Part shown: positions 10,301 to 17,849 of the stretch, piece after piece
Position numbering within the stretch: position 1 is the stretch's first letter
Layout: every line of letters starts with the position of its first letter
Assembly (NCBI GenBank): GCA_028712365.1
Contig: JAQTQE010000007.1
Coordinates: 1,026 to 65,025, forward strand
DNA: 64,000 nt
Origin: a bacterium
GTDB lineage: Bacteria > CAYTYR01 > UBA6262
Direction of reading: 5' to 3'
Program-made: the position numbers and the translations under genes
The notes under the pieces: generated by a model
The model's input: the letters and a program-made list of their open reading frames with translations, nothing else
Database searches by the model: none
What the model was told of the DNA's origin: nothing

Positions 10301-11089
10301 TATCCAGCCAGCCAGGTCGTTTACCGCCTGGCAGGCAGCTTCGAAACTGGCGTATCGCCACATATATGTTTGTTGATCGTTAAAATTGTAATTAAATTCG
10401 TTACCGATCGACCAGAACAGCAAGGCAGGATGATCTTTATACGTATTAATAATTTTTTGCGCCAACGCGGTATTGCAGTTTAAACCGTCTACCACCATGA
10501 TGACTTTCAAGCCGTTCCGGTAGGCTTCATCCAGGACTGCCAGGCCTTGTGTCACCGCGTTTGCCCCCTGATCGCCGATCATGGCCATACCATCCTGCCA
10601 ATCCATGAATCCATTACCATTTTCATCCAGGGCTACAGGATACCCGCCGATATATACTATATTGCCATTGGCATCGGTCTGCCACAGGAGGTGATCCGTA
10701 TTTTCATGGAAATATAAACTGCTGTCTTTAGCCAATCCCGGATCAATATACATTCTGATGGTATTGAACCCGGCTTCCCTGATCCGCGGGAAATCATACT
10801 TCGCCATCTCCCACATTCTCTTCCGGCCATCATGCTCGAATGGCGCTCCTGCCGGGTAGGTTTCCGAAGGCCAGAGAGTGGCTACGCTCCAACAGACCCC
10901 CTTGATCACGTAGTTAGTCTCTGCTTTCATCGTCCCGTCTTCCCTGATCTGATGAACTTTTAATTGGTGGCCGTCGACTCTGACCGTAGCAGGCACAGCC
11001 GGGATCGGGGGGAGCGGAGACAAGGTCTTACATGCCGCCAGAAAAACCAGTAGAACTGCCGCGGTGATGATCATTTTAAACACGCGCAT
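7349..11089 (-). CDS. Large multi-domain glycoside hydrolase lipoprotein (1246 aa). It has a GH-A clan TIM-barrel catalytic domain, Ca-binding TSP3-like repeats and Ig/BACON-like domains.
   Basis: The signal is MRVFKMIITAAVLLVFLAAC. The barrel motifs are GFNTIRMYIDPG, FWSIGNEFNYNF and YFSEYGVDAW. The run DHDHDGIYNSVDQDIDGDG...DEDSDDD is acidic and Ca-binding-like. Confidence 0.7.
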   Translation of the reverse strand: MRVFKMIITAAVLLVFLAACKTLSPLPPIPAVPATVRVDGHQLKVHQIREDGTMKAETNYVIKGVCWSVATLWPSETYPAGAPFEHDGRKRMWEMAKYDFPRIREAGFNTIRMYIDPGLAKDSSLYFHENTDHLLWQTDANGNIVYIGGYPVALDENGNGFMDWQDGMAMIGDQGANAVTQGLAVLDEAYRNGLKVIMVVDGLNCNTALAQKIINTYKDHPALLFWSIGNEFNYNFNDQQTYMWRYASFEAACQAVNDLAGWIKANDPNHPVAVCLGEPHYPSYEHYKAGVGLLPNIDLIGLNLYKGKSFDPFYEMYADTVTCNKPYYFSEYGVDAWRYHTDPAKEFEDVASQKEGLSWQWSEIQSRLSAQDNSDSLLGGCAFEWVDEWWKLKGKNPETHDNDPGYPVNNGVPANTYLWPDGCMEEEFWGLNSQDPKTINPLVFFSDMGLIGEQKGGSPAWDFFTWGLPAQGTGYGKINSQADYISLQEGSRLNYSNFKEYAYTGGSGAGNIIPEGHRCTYTEIWGKDYGGGWGLFRTRDFIDLSRFANGDLKFWIKIQQTTTPATPIGEPLKQDIFLKFEDESGLENAVFIWFDESYFSEFNANSTAWQEITVPISALWDSHSYTWQDEYGYKHPANGSHLAKLNLEKMKMVFSVSSRPIRTGNGNIQYWIDHVRWDTGGTSGYNRRARPAITDYRNRYNALNYLKPVFEVEAGSDLNASSARITKNDSLIWDFDASSPACVLAAAFDPDSGRLISKSMKELTSVTAVHNWLDQYDNTSDKYILALAKHKQVNFLAQCAKLGAFGSTLYSSVSPHDPWVFIVYVKNGIGLAKKETKGSGNMAKVTLAVPLDHDHDGIYNSVDQDIDGDGLALAQEIRYGTSITDEDSDDDAVSDSAEVAAGTNPRNPDSKNLAADPPAKLVAYPLTLDWSNNESERYIYLDNDGGKILKYKIYISDDWFSVNCRDHANSEAWTAVTPEAYVYDDLDDFILRVTLDRTKLTATKTYTGTITLLAVDENGTGAGRKDITVSVPVQPELFIAASEVVINRPETARKINIENNGFAAMNWSISQLRPVTWLAITPATGTTVNEMEPVALTVDWSAVTASTHTVMVVDAGSAGKKFITVTLDDPNAVRFPNQLPKSKKSLPALLETDSEHLIIGPLVQAGAFKIKSASGQTISWTLSEDEDWITIIMPVHGDTTGEEDIVTVMVDHGSYIADQTGKVTIAWTDADNNQYKKNIYITMKKQ

Positions 11090-11098
11090 TATTACCCC

Positions 11099-11827
11099 CT
11101 ACCTGACTCCTATAAGTTTATGTGTTTGCGGAATGACTTTCACGGTTGATAAATGTTCCAGGGCCAGGTTCTGGAACGCAAAGATATTTTTTGGCAACAT
11201 AGCCCTGACCTGGCGGAGGGGTGTGACTGGCTGTAAGACCAATGGAATATGCCGGGAGATCCCGGCAATGAGCTCAATGGCTTTTTTGATCTCGGCTGCC
11301 CTGGATTTAGAGGTTAAGATGATCTTCACAAAAATTTTTCCCGGTTTTAACCGAGATTTATTCAGAACCGTCAAAAACGCCTGGTGTTCTTTCCAAAAGG
11401 CAGGATTACCACTGGAAGGCAGTTTTATGTCCATAGCCACATAATCGACTAAGTTAACGATCTTCTTCAACTCTTGCGGTAATGTGCCATTAGTCTCAAG
11501 ATATATCCTTAATCCCAGTTTTTTAACCTGGGGGATCAGCTCTTTTAAAAAATCAGCATAGAGCAACGGCTCTCCGCCGGTGATAGAAACTGAATGGATT
11601 TTTGTTTTCTTTAATACCTCTATTTTACTTAAAACTTGTGAGCTGGTTAACTTGCCTGCTTGTTTGCTGCTTGTCGTATCACAATAAGCGCATTTCAGGT
11701 TACAATCCGCGAACCGGATAAAAGCCTGACGTTCTCCTACGAATAAACCTTCTCCCTGGATGCTGGCAAATATTTCAGTGATCGGCGCCTTGCTATTTGG
11801 TTGTAACTGCCATCTGCTATCTGTCAT
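11099..11827 (-). CDS. queE: 7-carboxy-7-deazaguanine synthase (radical SAM).
   Basis: The ADCNLKCAYCDT cluster motif is present. The gene sits in the queDCE context. Confidence 0.85.
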   Translation of the reverse strand: MTDSRWQLQPNSKAPITEIFASIQGEGLFVGERQAFIRFADCNLKCAYCDTTSSKQAGKLTSSQVLSKIEVLKKTKIHSVSITGGEPLLYADFLKELIPQVKKLGLRIYLETNGTLPQELKKIVNLVDYVAMDIKLPSSGNPAFWKEHQAFLTVLNKSRLKPGKIFVKIILTSKSRAAEIKKAIELIAGISRHIPLVLQPVTPLRQVRAMLPKNIFAFQNLALEHLSTVKVIPQTHKLIGVR

Positions 11828-12528
11828 CTGCTATCCAAAATCGCTGGATCAGCGATTTTAGCCTCCCGGAAACCTTTGGCGCGCAGGATACAGCTGTCAC
11901 AAATACCGCACGGCCTGGTACCGCCGCGATAGCAACTCCAGGTGAACTGGTACGGCACTTTTAATTCGCTGCCCCAGCGGATGATCTGGGCTTTGGTTTT
12001 ATGCAAAAGAGGCGTTACTATTTTTATTTTCCGGCCTTCTACTCCGGCCTTGGTAGCAAGATCAGCCATTTTTTGTATGGCTTGGAAATATTTTGGCCGG
12101 CAGTCAGGATACCCGCTATAATCAAGAGCATTGGCCCCGATCACCACCGCTTTGGCGCCAATAGCTTCAGCGCATGACAAGGCGAAACTGAGAAAAATAG
12201 TGTTGCGAGCCGGGACATAAGTACTAGGAATGGCGGATAGCGGACGGCGGACGGCAGTTGAAACAGGAACAGATAAATTCTTATCTAAGAGGGAGCTGCC
12301 TTTCCAGGGGAAAGATATTTTGACTATTTGATATTGGCATTTTGCGGTTTTAGCGATCTTAGCAGCTTGCTGTATTTCCTTCTTATGTCTTTGGCCATAG
12401 TCAAATACCAGGCAATGGCACTCATAACCCTGGTCCTTTGCCCAATACAGGCAAGTGGTTGAATCCAGGCCGCCAGAAAGTAACACCACCGCAGTTTTCT
12501 TTTTATTCATGATGCTCCCTAAATGCAA
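11824..12528 (-). CDS. queC: 7-cyano-7-deazaguanine synthase.
   Basis: It has the LLSGGLDSTTC PP-loop and a C-terminal CxxC...C zinc motif (CGICDSC). Confidence 0.9.
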   Translation of the reverse strand: MHLGSIMNKKKTAVVLLSGGLDSTTCLYWAKDQGYECHCLVFDYGQRHKKEIQQAAKIAKTAKCQYQIVKISFPWKGSSLLDKNLSVPVSTAVRRPLSAIPSTYVPARNTIFLSFALSCAEAIGAKAVVIGANALDYSGYPDCRPKYFQAIQKMADLATKAGVEGRKIKIVTPLLHKTKAQIIRWGSELKVPYQFTWSCYRGGTRPCGICDSCILRAKGFREAKIADPAILDSR

Positions 12529-12579
12529 ACAGTGTTGATAGATGTTCGATCAACTATCAACCATGAACGATCAACAGTA

Positions 12580-12948
12580 TTATTCTTTATACGTGGCGCA
12601 GGCAGTATCACTTTCCCAGACAGTAACTTTATTTAGACAGCAGCCAGTAGATGACAGCTGGCGGTTTAAAGACTCAAAAATATACTTGGCGAGGTTTTCA
12701 CTGGTCGGGTTGATTTTATCAAAAGGCGCTATTTCATTCAAATAGCCATGATCAAGCCTGGTTAAAACATCTTCTACTTTCTTCTTCAGGTCATGAAAAT
12801 CGATCAGCATACCTGATTTCCCAAGTTTTTTACCCCGCACTTCCACTTCTACTTTCCAGTTATGGCCATGCAGATTCTCGCATTTGCCTTTATAGTCGCG
12901 CAAATTATGCGCCGCACTGAATACTTTAATAACCTTCAAGATAAACAT
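12580..12948 (-). CDS. queD: 6-carboxy-5,6,7,8-tetrahydropterin synthase.
   Basis: The motifs FSAAHNL...CENLHGHNWKVEV are present. Start is taken at the internal Met (MFILKVIKVF) because the upstream part of the 138-aa ORF overlaps an intergenic repeat. Confidence 0.85.
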   Translation of the reverse strand: MFILKVIKVFSAAHNLRDYKGKCENLHGHNWKVEVEVRGKKLGKSGMLIDFHDLKKKVEDVLTRLDHGYLNEIAPFDKINPTSENLAKYIFESLNRQLSSTGCCLNKVTVWESDTACATYKE

Positions 12949-12959
12949 AAACACCCCTA

Positions 12960-13083
12960 TTAAAATACTAATTTCTAATATCGAATTCCTAAACAAATCA
13001 AAAATACTAAATTCTAATTTCCTAAACGTTTAGAAATTTGACCTTGTTTAGGATTCAGATATTAGTGCTTAGAATTTGCTTTT
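12960..13083. repeat. AT-rich palindromic intergenic repeat, family B, core (G)TTTAGGATT(C)AGATATTAG with CCTAAA(T) arms.
   Basis: ...TAATTTCCTAAACGTTTAGAAATTTGACCTTGTTTAGGATTCAGATATTAGTGCTTAGAATTTG... It lies between murI and queD. Confidence 0.55.
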
Positions 13084-13887
13084 TTAGTATTTCTCAATAT
13101 CGATCTGGGTGGCTTGTTGTATCTTTTCACCCAGCAGCTGCTGTCCGACCGTAATAAATTTATCCGGTATGTCACTGACATAGAACAGGCAATTACCTAT
13201 GCCTTTGGTCACTGCTTGCTCTTTGTTTTCCAGGATCTGCTGGACTTCCAGCGCTGCTTCCTGGGCAGAATCAACGAGTTTCACTTTTTTGCCCATTACC
13301 TGCCCGATTATTTTTTTCAGCAAGGGATAATGGGTACAGCCTAAGATAAGAGTGTCTATGCCTACCCTTTTTAGCCCGGAAAGATATTCCGCGGCGATCA
13401 GCGAGGTCACTTTTTTATGGACCCATCCTTCTTCCACCAGCGGCACAAATAAAGGACAGGCTTGCCCATATACTTGCACATCAGAGGCTTTACTTGTCAG
13501 TAAACGGTTGTAGGCCTGGCTGGAAATTGTAGCCATGGTGCCGGCTACGCCAACTTTTTTACTTTTTGTCGCCTTTAAAGCGGCTTTTACTCCCGGTTCG
13601 ATCACGCCAATGATCGGCAGGCCAGGAAAGCTTTCCTGTAGAGTGGGCAGACTTAAAGCTGATGCCGTATTGCAGGCGACAACTAATAACTTTATGTCCT
13701 GTTGCAATAAAAACCGCACGTTTTGCAATGAGTATTTAGTCACGGTAGCTGCTGATTTATTCCCGTACGGCACCCGGGCCGTATCCCCGAAATAAATAAT
13801 GGTTTCGCGGGGCAAGAGCTTCATTAATTCCTTTACTACGGTCAACCCGCCGACGCCAGAGTCAAAAACGCCAATATTCTTAGGCAT
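13084..13887 (-). CDS. murI: Glutamate racemase.
   Basis: IGVFDSGVGGLTV and GCTHYP motifs are present. Start is taken at MPKNIGVFDSG. Confidence 0.85.
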   Translation of the reverse strand: MPKNIGVFDSGVGGLTVVKELMKLLPRETIIYFGDTARVPYGNKSAATVTKYSLQNVRFLLQQDIKLLVVACNTASALSLPTLQESFPGLPIIGVIEPGVKAALKATKSKKVGVAGTMATISSQAYNRLLTSKASDVQVYGQACPLFVPLVEEGWVHKKVTSLIAAEYLSGLKRVGIDTLILGCTHYPLLKKIIGQVMGKKVKLVDSAQEAALEVQQILENKEQAVTKGIGNCLFYVSDIPDKFITVGQQLLGEKIQQATQIDIEKY

Positions 13888-13888
13888 A

Positions 13889-15487
13889 TTATTCTTGTTC
13901 CTTTCGCTCGATATAATCCATGATCCCATTAAAGATCGTTTTCGCTATCTTATCATTAAAGCTGCCCTTGTTCAATAACCTTTCTTCGCGCTTATTGGAC
14001 AAGAAAGCGCATTCGACCAGCACTGCCGGCATTTTGGCCCCGCGCAGGACATAAAAACCAGCTTGTTTTACTCCCCGGTTGAGCAGGTCCACGTCCATTT
14101 CATTGACCCGTCCTACGACAAAGGAACACAATTCACTGGAATCATTGACAAATTCATTCAAGGTCAGTGACCACAGGATAGCTTTTAACTTATCAGTCAC
14201 GGCTGATCTATCTTCCAGATCAATGACCGAGTTTTCGATATTCGCTACTGCTTCAGCTTCCATATCCGTAGCCCGTTCACTTAAAAAATAGATCTCAAAC
14301 CCGCTGGCCTTACGGTCCAAGCCAGAGTTGCAGTGAATAGAGACAAATAGATCGGCTTTTTTAAGGTTGGCGATCTGGGTGCGTTCGGCTAAGGGTATGA
14401 ATTCGTCTTCTTTCCTGGTGAGAATGACCTGCAAATTAGTTTTTTCATGCAACAACTGGGCCAATTTAAAGGCCAGAGAGAGATTAACATCTTTTTCCTT
14501 GGTGCCATATTGCCCTATAGCGCCCGGGTCCTTACCGCCATGTCCGGGATCGATCACGATTGTTCTTATTTTAGCAGTATTGACTTTCTTTGGTGGTTCA
14601 GGTTTGGATCTTATCTCTGGCGTGACTACCGGTGGTGGAGACAATTCCGGGGTAACTGGCGGAGCTTTCACCACTGCTACGCTGGCTGGCTGTGTAGACG
14701 CGGATATTTCCGACTCTGGCGGACAAACCTGGGCCCCTGTCTTCTTGATATTAACCAATATACGCCAGGGATTATCAACAACTTTGACACTGTATTCGAA
14801 TTCCGGGCAAACCTCTATCACCCAAGATACTTTATTGCTTTTTTGGATCAGGTTCATATTGGTGACCAAGGCATTACCCGGCACCGTGTATTTCTTATCC
14901 TGGTCCAGCACCCCTTTATAGATATCTACTGTGATCTTATTAGCCGCTTCCAGGGATGTCTCATAATACAGTTTTTCCTGGGTCTCCAATATTAGCTGGC
15001 TGAGGCCTTCTTGCTGTTGCGTTTTCACTCCGGATATATTAGGGGTTTGGAATATTTTTAAGGTTTTGGTTGATTCATCGAATTTTATTCTCAGCCCGAC
15101 AGGTTTGGTAAAACCGCGGCTGATAATAAAACTAAGAGGAACGTAAAGGTCCCCTTTTTCCAAGCGGCAAACCGAGGTCATCTTGACCTTCTGTTCATTG
15201 ATCGTAGCGGTTCTGCCGAAATATGTCAATTCGATCCGCACGCCTTTGAGGGACAAGATCACTTTTTTACTGACCGGCAGCCATTTTATATCGGCAGCCA
15301 GGAAATCAGCCAAGTCACTGACATCGAGGAATTTTTCCTTATTTAGTTCGTATAGTTTAGCGTTTTCAGTGCGGGTTCCGTTATCAAGAGTGACTTTGAT
15401 CGATAGCGGTACAGGCTGCGCCTGTACCGGTGTAACAAACAATGAAGATAGCAATAGAAATAAAGGGATGGTAATTTTAGAATGCAA
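13889..15487 (-). CDS. N-acetylmuramoyl-L-alanine amidase (Amidase_3) with an N-terminal AMIN-like region.
   Basis: The Amidase_3 motif is IVIDPGHGGKDPGAIG...VSIHCNS...E.YF. The signal peptide is PLFLLLSSLFVTPVQA. A probable TTG start at 15487 sits behind AAGGAA. Confidence 0.75.
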   Translation of the reverse strand: MHSKITIPLFLLLSSLFVTPVQAQPVPLSIKVTLDNGTRTENAKLYELNKEKFLDVSDLADFLAADIKWLPVSKKVILSLKGVRIELTYFGRTATINEQKVKMTSVCRLEKGDLYVPLSFIISRGFTKPVGLRIKFDESTKTLKIFQTPNISGVKTQQQEGLSQLILETQEKLYYETSLEAANKITVDIYKGVLDQDKKYTVPGNALVTNMNLIQKSNKVSWVIEVCPEFEYSVKVVDNPWRILVNIKKTGAQVCPPESEISASTQPASVAVVKAPPVTPELSPPPVVTPEIRSKPEPPKKVNTAKIRTIVIDPGHGGKDPGAIGQYGTKEKDVNLSLAFKLAQLLHEKTNLQVILTRKEDEFIPLAERTQIANLKKADLFVSIHCNSGLDRKASGFEIYFLSERATDMEAEAVANIENSVIDLEDRSAVTDKLKAILWSLTLNEFVNDSSELCSFVVGRVNEMDVDLLNRGVKQAGFYVLRGAKMPAVLVECAFLSNKREERLLNKGSFNDKIAKTIFNGIMDYIERKEQE

Positions 15488-15533
15488 AACCCCGTTCCTT
15501 TCTAGGATAAATAGGAAATAATAATTGAGAATA

Positions 15534-15576
15534 GAAAATCGAAAATTGACCACAATCAAATCTCGATTTTCGATTG
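15534..15576. promoter_or_regulatory. Palindromic tandem-heptamer element upstream of the amidase gene.
   Basis: (GAAAATC)(GAAAAT)TGACCACAATCAAATCT(CGATTTT)(CGATT) is an inverted tandem repeat about 60 nt 5' of the amidase start. Confidence 0.25.
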
Positions 15577-15583
15577 TTCTAAA

Positions 15584-15600
15584 TTTTGCCAAGGGCAAAA
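15584..15600 (-). terminator. Probable rho-independent terminator in the ssrA 3' trailer.
   Basis: On the minus strand a perfect 7-bp hairpin (TTTTGCC CTT GGCAAAA) is followed by TTTAGAAC. Confidence 0.4.
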
Positions 15601-15743
15601 TATGGAGGTGCCGGGAATCCTCCTCACCCAGGCCGTATGCGCGGCCTTCCTTCGTCGCCGGCCAGTCTCGCTCGGACCAATGGCGCTCAACTTGGCTTCG
15701 ATTCCCTTAAGCAAGGGAGAAAATATGGAGGTGCCGGGAATCG
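15590..15743. repeat. About 30-bp direct repeat of the tmRNA 3' end. Copy 1 is at 15590-15619 and copy 2, the functional 3' end, is at 15712-15743. The repeats flank a GC-rich 92-bp stretch.
   Basis: AAGGG(C/AG)AAAATATGGAGGTGCCGGGAATC occurs twice. Only copy 2 continues into the T-arm (GAACCCGG). Confidence 0.7.
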
Positions 15744-16075
15744 AACCCGGGTCCCAAAATACGGTGTCGAGAACTTCTACAGGTTTAGTCTAGTAATTGA
15801 TTTCGCTGCTTCTGGCTCCACTAGATAGGATACAAAGGCAGCTATCCTTACTGATCTCACTTGACTCGCTAAGGAGTAACTCGTCAAGCCAGCCTACAGT
15901 TTTTGTACCTCTACCGCCCGTAGGCAGAGCAGGTAAAGATACTACGCCTTAACAGGCGTATGCGTACTGCGTGTTATAGTTAGCAGTTATAATTTGCTAG
16001 GTATTTAACGGCGACCCAACCATGCCGACCTGCCATCCAAGACCCCAAATATTCCGGTCGAAACCTTTCACCCCC
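15726..16075 (-). ncRNA. ssrA: tmRNA (SsrA), standard one-piece form.
   Basis: The minus strand begins GGGGGUGAAAGGUUUCGACCGG... at the 5' end. It ends ...GGACCCGGGUUCGAUUCCCGGCACCUCCA with a tRNA-like T-arm and acceptor, and CCA is not encoded. The gene lies immediately downstream of smpB. Confidence 0.8.
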
Positions 16076-16077
16076 AT

Positions 16078-16122
16078 CTGAAATACAAATTCTAAATCCT
16101 AAATTCGAAATTCTAAACAAAG
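16078..16122. repeat. Short family B copy.
   Basis: GAAATACAAATTCTAAATCCTAAATTCGAAATTCTAAACAAAG lies between the ssrA 5' end and the smpB stop. Confidence 0.4.
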
Positions 16123-16578
16123 TTATTTATGTTTTTCGCGAAAGGCTCTTTGCATTTCTCTCTGAGCATCCTTCTTTTTCAACTCGTCTCTCTTATCCCG
16201 TGCATTCCTGCCACGCGCCAGGGCCAATTTTACTTTCACATTTCCTTTACTGAAATATAATTCCAAAGGGACCAAAGTCAGCCCCTTTTCTTTGACTTTG
16301 CCCATTAGCTTTTTTATCTCTTTTTTATGCAAAAGCAATTTGCGTACCCGTAAAGCGTCACATTCTTCCAGGCGCGAATGTTCATATGGCGAAATATGCA
16401 TATTATAAAGAAAGACTTCTTCTTTATTGATACTGGCATGGGCATCGCCCATATTGATATGGCCGCCCCTGATCGACTTCACTTCATTGCCTTTTAGGAC
16501 AATACCAGCCTCAAAAGAATCCAGGATCTCGTAATTATGCAGGGCTTTACGGTTCGTAGAAATGTTTTTTCGTTCCAT
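16123..16578 (-). CDS. smpB: SsrA-binding protein.
   Basis: MERKNISTNRKALHNYEI...GNEVKSIRGGHINMGDAHA... is canonical SmpB. The ORF extension upstream of this Met is antisense to a tRNA. Confidence 0.9.
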   Translation of the reverse strand: MERKNISTNRKALHNYEILDSFEAGIVLKGNEVKSIRGGHINMGDAHASINKEEVFLYNMHISPYEHSRLEECDALRVRKLLLHKKEIKKLMGKVKEKGLTLVPLELYFSKGNVKVKLALARGRNARDKRDELKKKDAQREMQRAFREKHK

Positions 16579-16694
16579 CAAGGTAATATACCATAAAAAT
16601 CTACTATTTTCAAGTCTATCTTGACAGAACTGTGGATTTAAGGTATACTTTAAATACCCGCCAAGCAAGGATATAGGCGGGCCGATATTTATAT

Positions 16695-16781
16695 GGACGA
16701 GTGGCGGAATTGGCATACGCGTAGCGCTCAGGACGCTATGGTCGTTAGACCTTAAGGGTTCAACTCCCTTCTCGTCCACCA
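16695..16781 (+). tRNA. tRNA-Leu (anticodon CAG), type II with a long variable arm. CCA is encoded.
   Basis: GGACGAGTGGCGGAATTGGCATACGCGTAGCGCTCAGGACGCTA...GGTTCAACTCCCTTCTCGTCCACCA. The D-arm is near-identical to E. coli tRNA-Leu. The anticodon loop is CUCAGGA. Confidence 0.85.
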
Positions 16782-16854
16782 AATTTTCTCGAAAATTTGG
16801 TAGAGCAATCGAGAATCCCTGCCTGCCGGCAAGCAGGGAAATTAGAAAAACAAA

Positions 16855-16890
16855 AACCTCTGTTAGTATTCTTAACAGAGGTTTCTATTA
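16855..16890. terminator. Bidirectional rho-independent terminator.
   Basis: An 11-bp perfect stem (AACCTCTGTTA / TAACAGAGGTT) has an A-run (AAAAACAAAAA) before it and TTTCTATT after it. It would serve the plus-strand tRNA-Leu and the minus-strand gene 16920-17819. Confidence 0.6.
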
Positions 16891-16919
16891 TAACCGCACT
16901 ATCTTGAACTATTCTTATC

Positions 16920-17819
16920 TTAGAATTTCACGCCTAAACTGATCCTATGCGTATCGCTCAGTTCGCCATATGGCACCCAGGCATAGGACAGGTTGATCTT
17001 GTTGATATTAAATCCTAATCCCGCGCTTACTCCTGCTAATCCGTCCAGTTTATCATCTTTACCCGCTTTGTATCCCAGGTCCAGCACCAGGGCATTGATC
17101 ACCTTGTATTCCATTCCTACGCCAATGGTCATTTTGGAATCATAGTAGTTGAGATCACTGGTCAGGTTGATCTTGGACAGGCTGTAGTTGATACCGGCCG
17201 CCAGGGTTAAAGGCAGGTCATATCCTTCGCTGATGAATTTCATCTGCGGCCCCAGGTTGCGTAAGGCTATACCGACATTTAAGTTGTCTATGCTGGTCTT
17301 GACCAATGCGCCCAGGTCCACAGCCATTCCGGTAGTGCTTTCATCATCGATCTTCTGGTTGATGACCTTGATACTGGCGCCTAAGGCAACCTTTTCATTT
17401 ATTTTCTTGGCCAGGGCTAAAGTCCCACAGGTATCAGTGGCGCTAAAAGTACCTAATTTTTCCCGGGTCTCGGACCGCTTCTCCATCTCCCCGGATTGCA
17501 GCATAACGATACTGCCGCCAAGAACTAAACCACTAGAGAAAGGTTGGGCATAGCTGGCAAATTCATAGTTCATATCAGCCAGCCAACTGGCATACATCGC
17601 GGATAATTCTTTCTCTTGCAGAAAGCCTAATCCTCCTGGATTCCAGTTGACGGCGTTGACATCATCGGCCAATCCCACATAATTGCCGCCCAGGGCAGAA
17701 GGCCTGGCCCCGGCGCCGATCTTTAAAAACGCCGCGCCCGTAGAAGCTGCCCAGACCGCGCTGGTTAGAATTAAGATTAAGCTGCTGCTTATTAGCGCCA
17801 CTTTCAACTTCCGTTTCAT
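16920..17819 (-). CDS. PorV/PorQ-family outer-membrane beta-barrel protein (T9SS-associated).
   Basis: It has a signal peptide. FLKIGAGARPSALGGNYVGLADDVNAVNWNPGGLG is the hallmark N-terminal motif of the PorV/PorQ/UPF0164 family. A C-terminal ...LGVKF closes the beta-barrel. Confidence 0.55.
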   Translation of the reverse strand: MKRKLKVALISSSLILILTSAVWAASTGAAFLKIGAGARPSALGGNYVGLADDVNAVNWNPGGLGFLQEKELSAMYASWLADMNYEFASYAQPFSSGLVLGGSIVMLQSGEMEKRSETREKLGTFSATDTCGTLALAKKINEKVALGASIKVINQKIDDESTTGMAVDLGALVKTSIDNLNVGIALRNLGPQMKFISEGYDLPLTLAAGINYSLSKINLTSDLNYYDSKMTIGVGMEYKVINALVLDLGYKAGKDDKLDGLAGVSAGLGFNINKINLSYAWVPYGELSDTHRISLGVKF

Positions 17820-17849
17820 TTCTTCCTCCTGATCTTTATTATAATTATA

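Noticed and set aside
12580-12996. Full-length 138-aa QueD starting at MFRNSILEIS…
   Set aside because: The first 16 codons overlap the family B intergenic palindrome. QueD homologues begin near MFILKVIKVF, so the shorter start was chosen.
15590-16100. An intact prophage or integrative island at ssrA.
   Set aside because: No integrase, excisionase or phage genes are present. Only a 92-bp insert lies between the att-like repeats, so only a scar is reported.
16579-16782. The N-terminal 68 aa of the six-frame SmpB ORF (MVDEKGVEPLRSNDHSV…).
   Set aside because: This segment is the reverse complement of tRNA-Leu(CAG). The SmpB start was moved to the internal Met.
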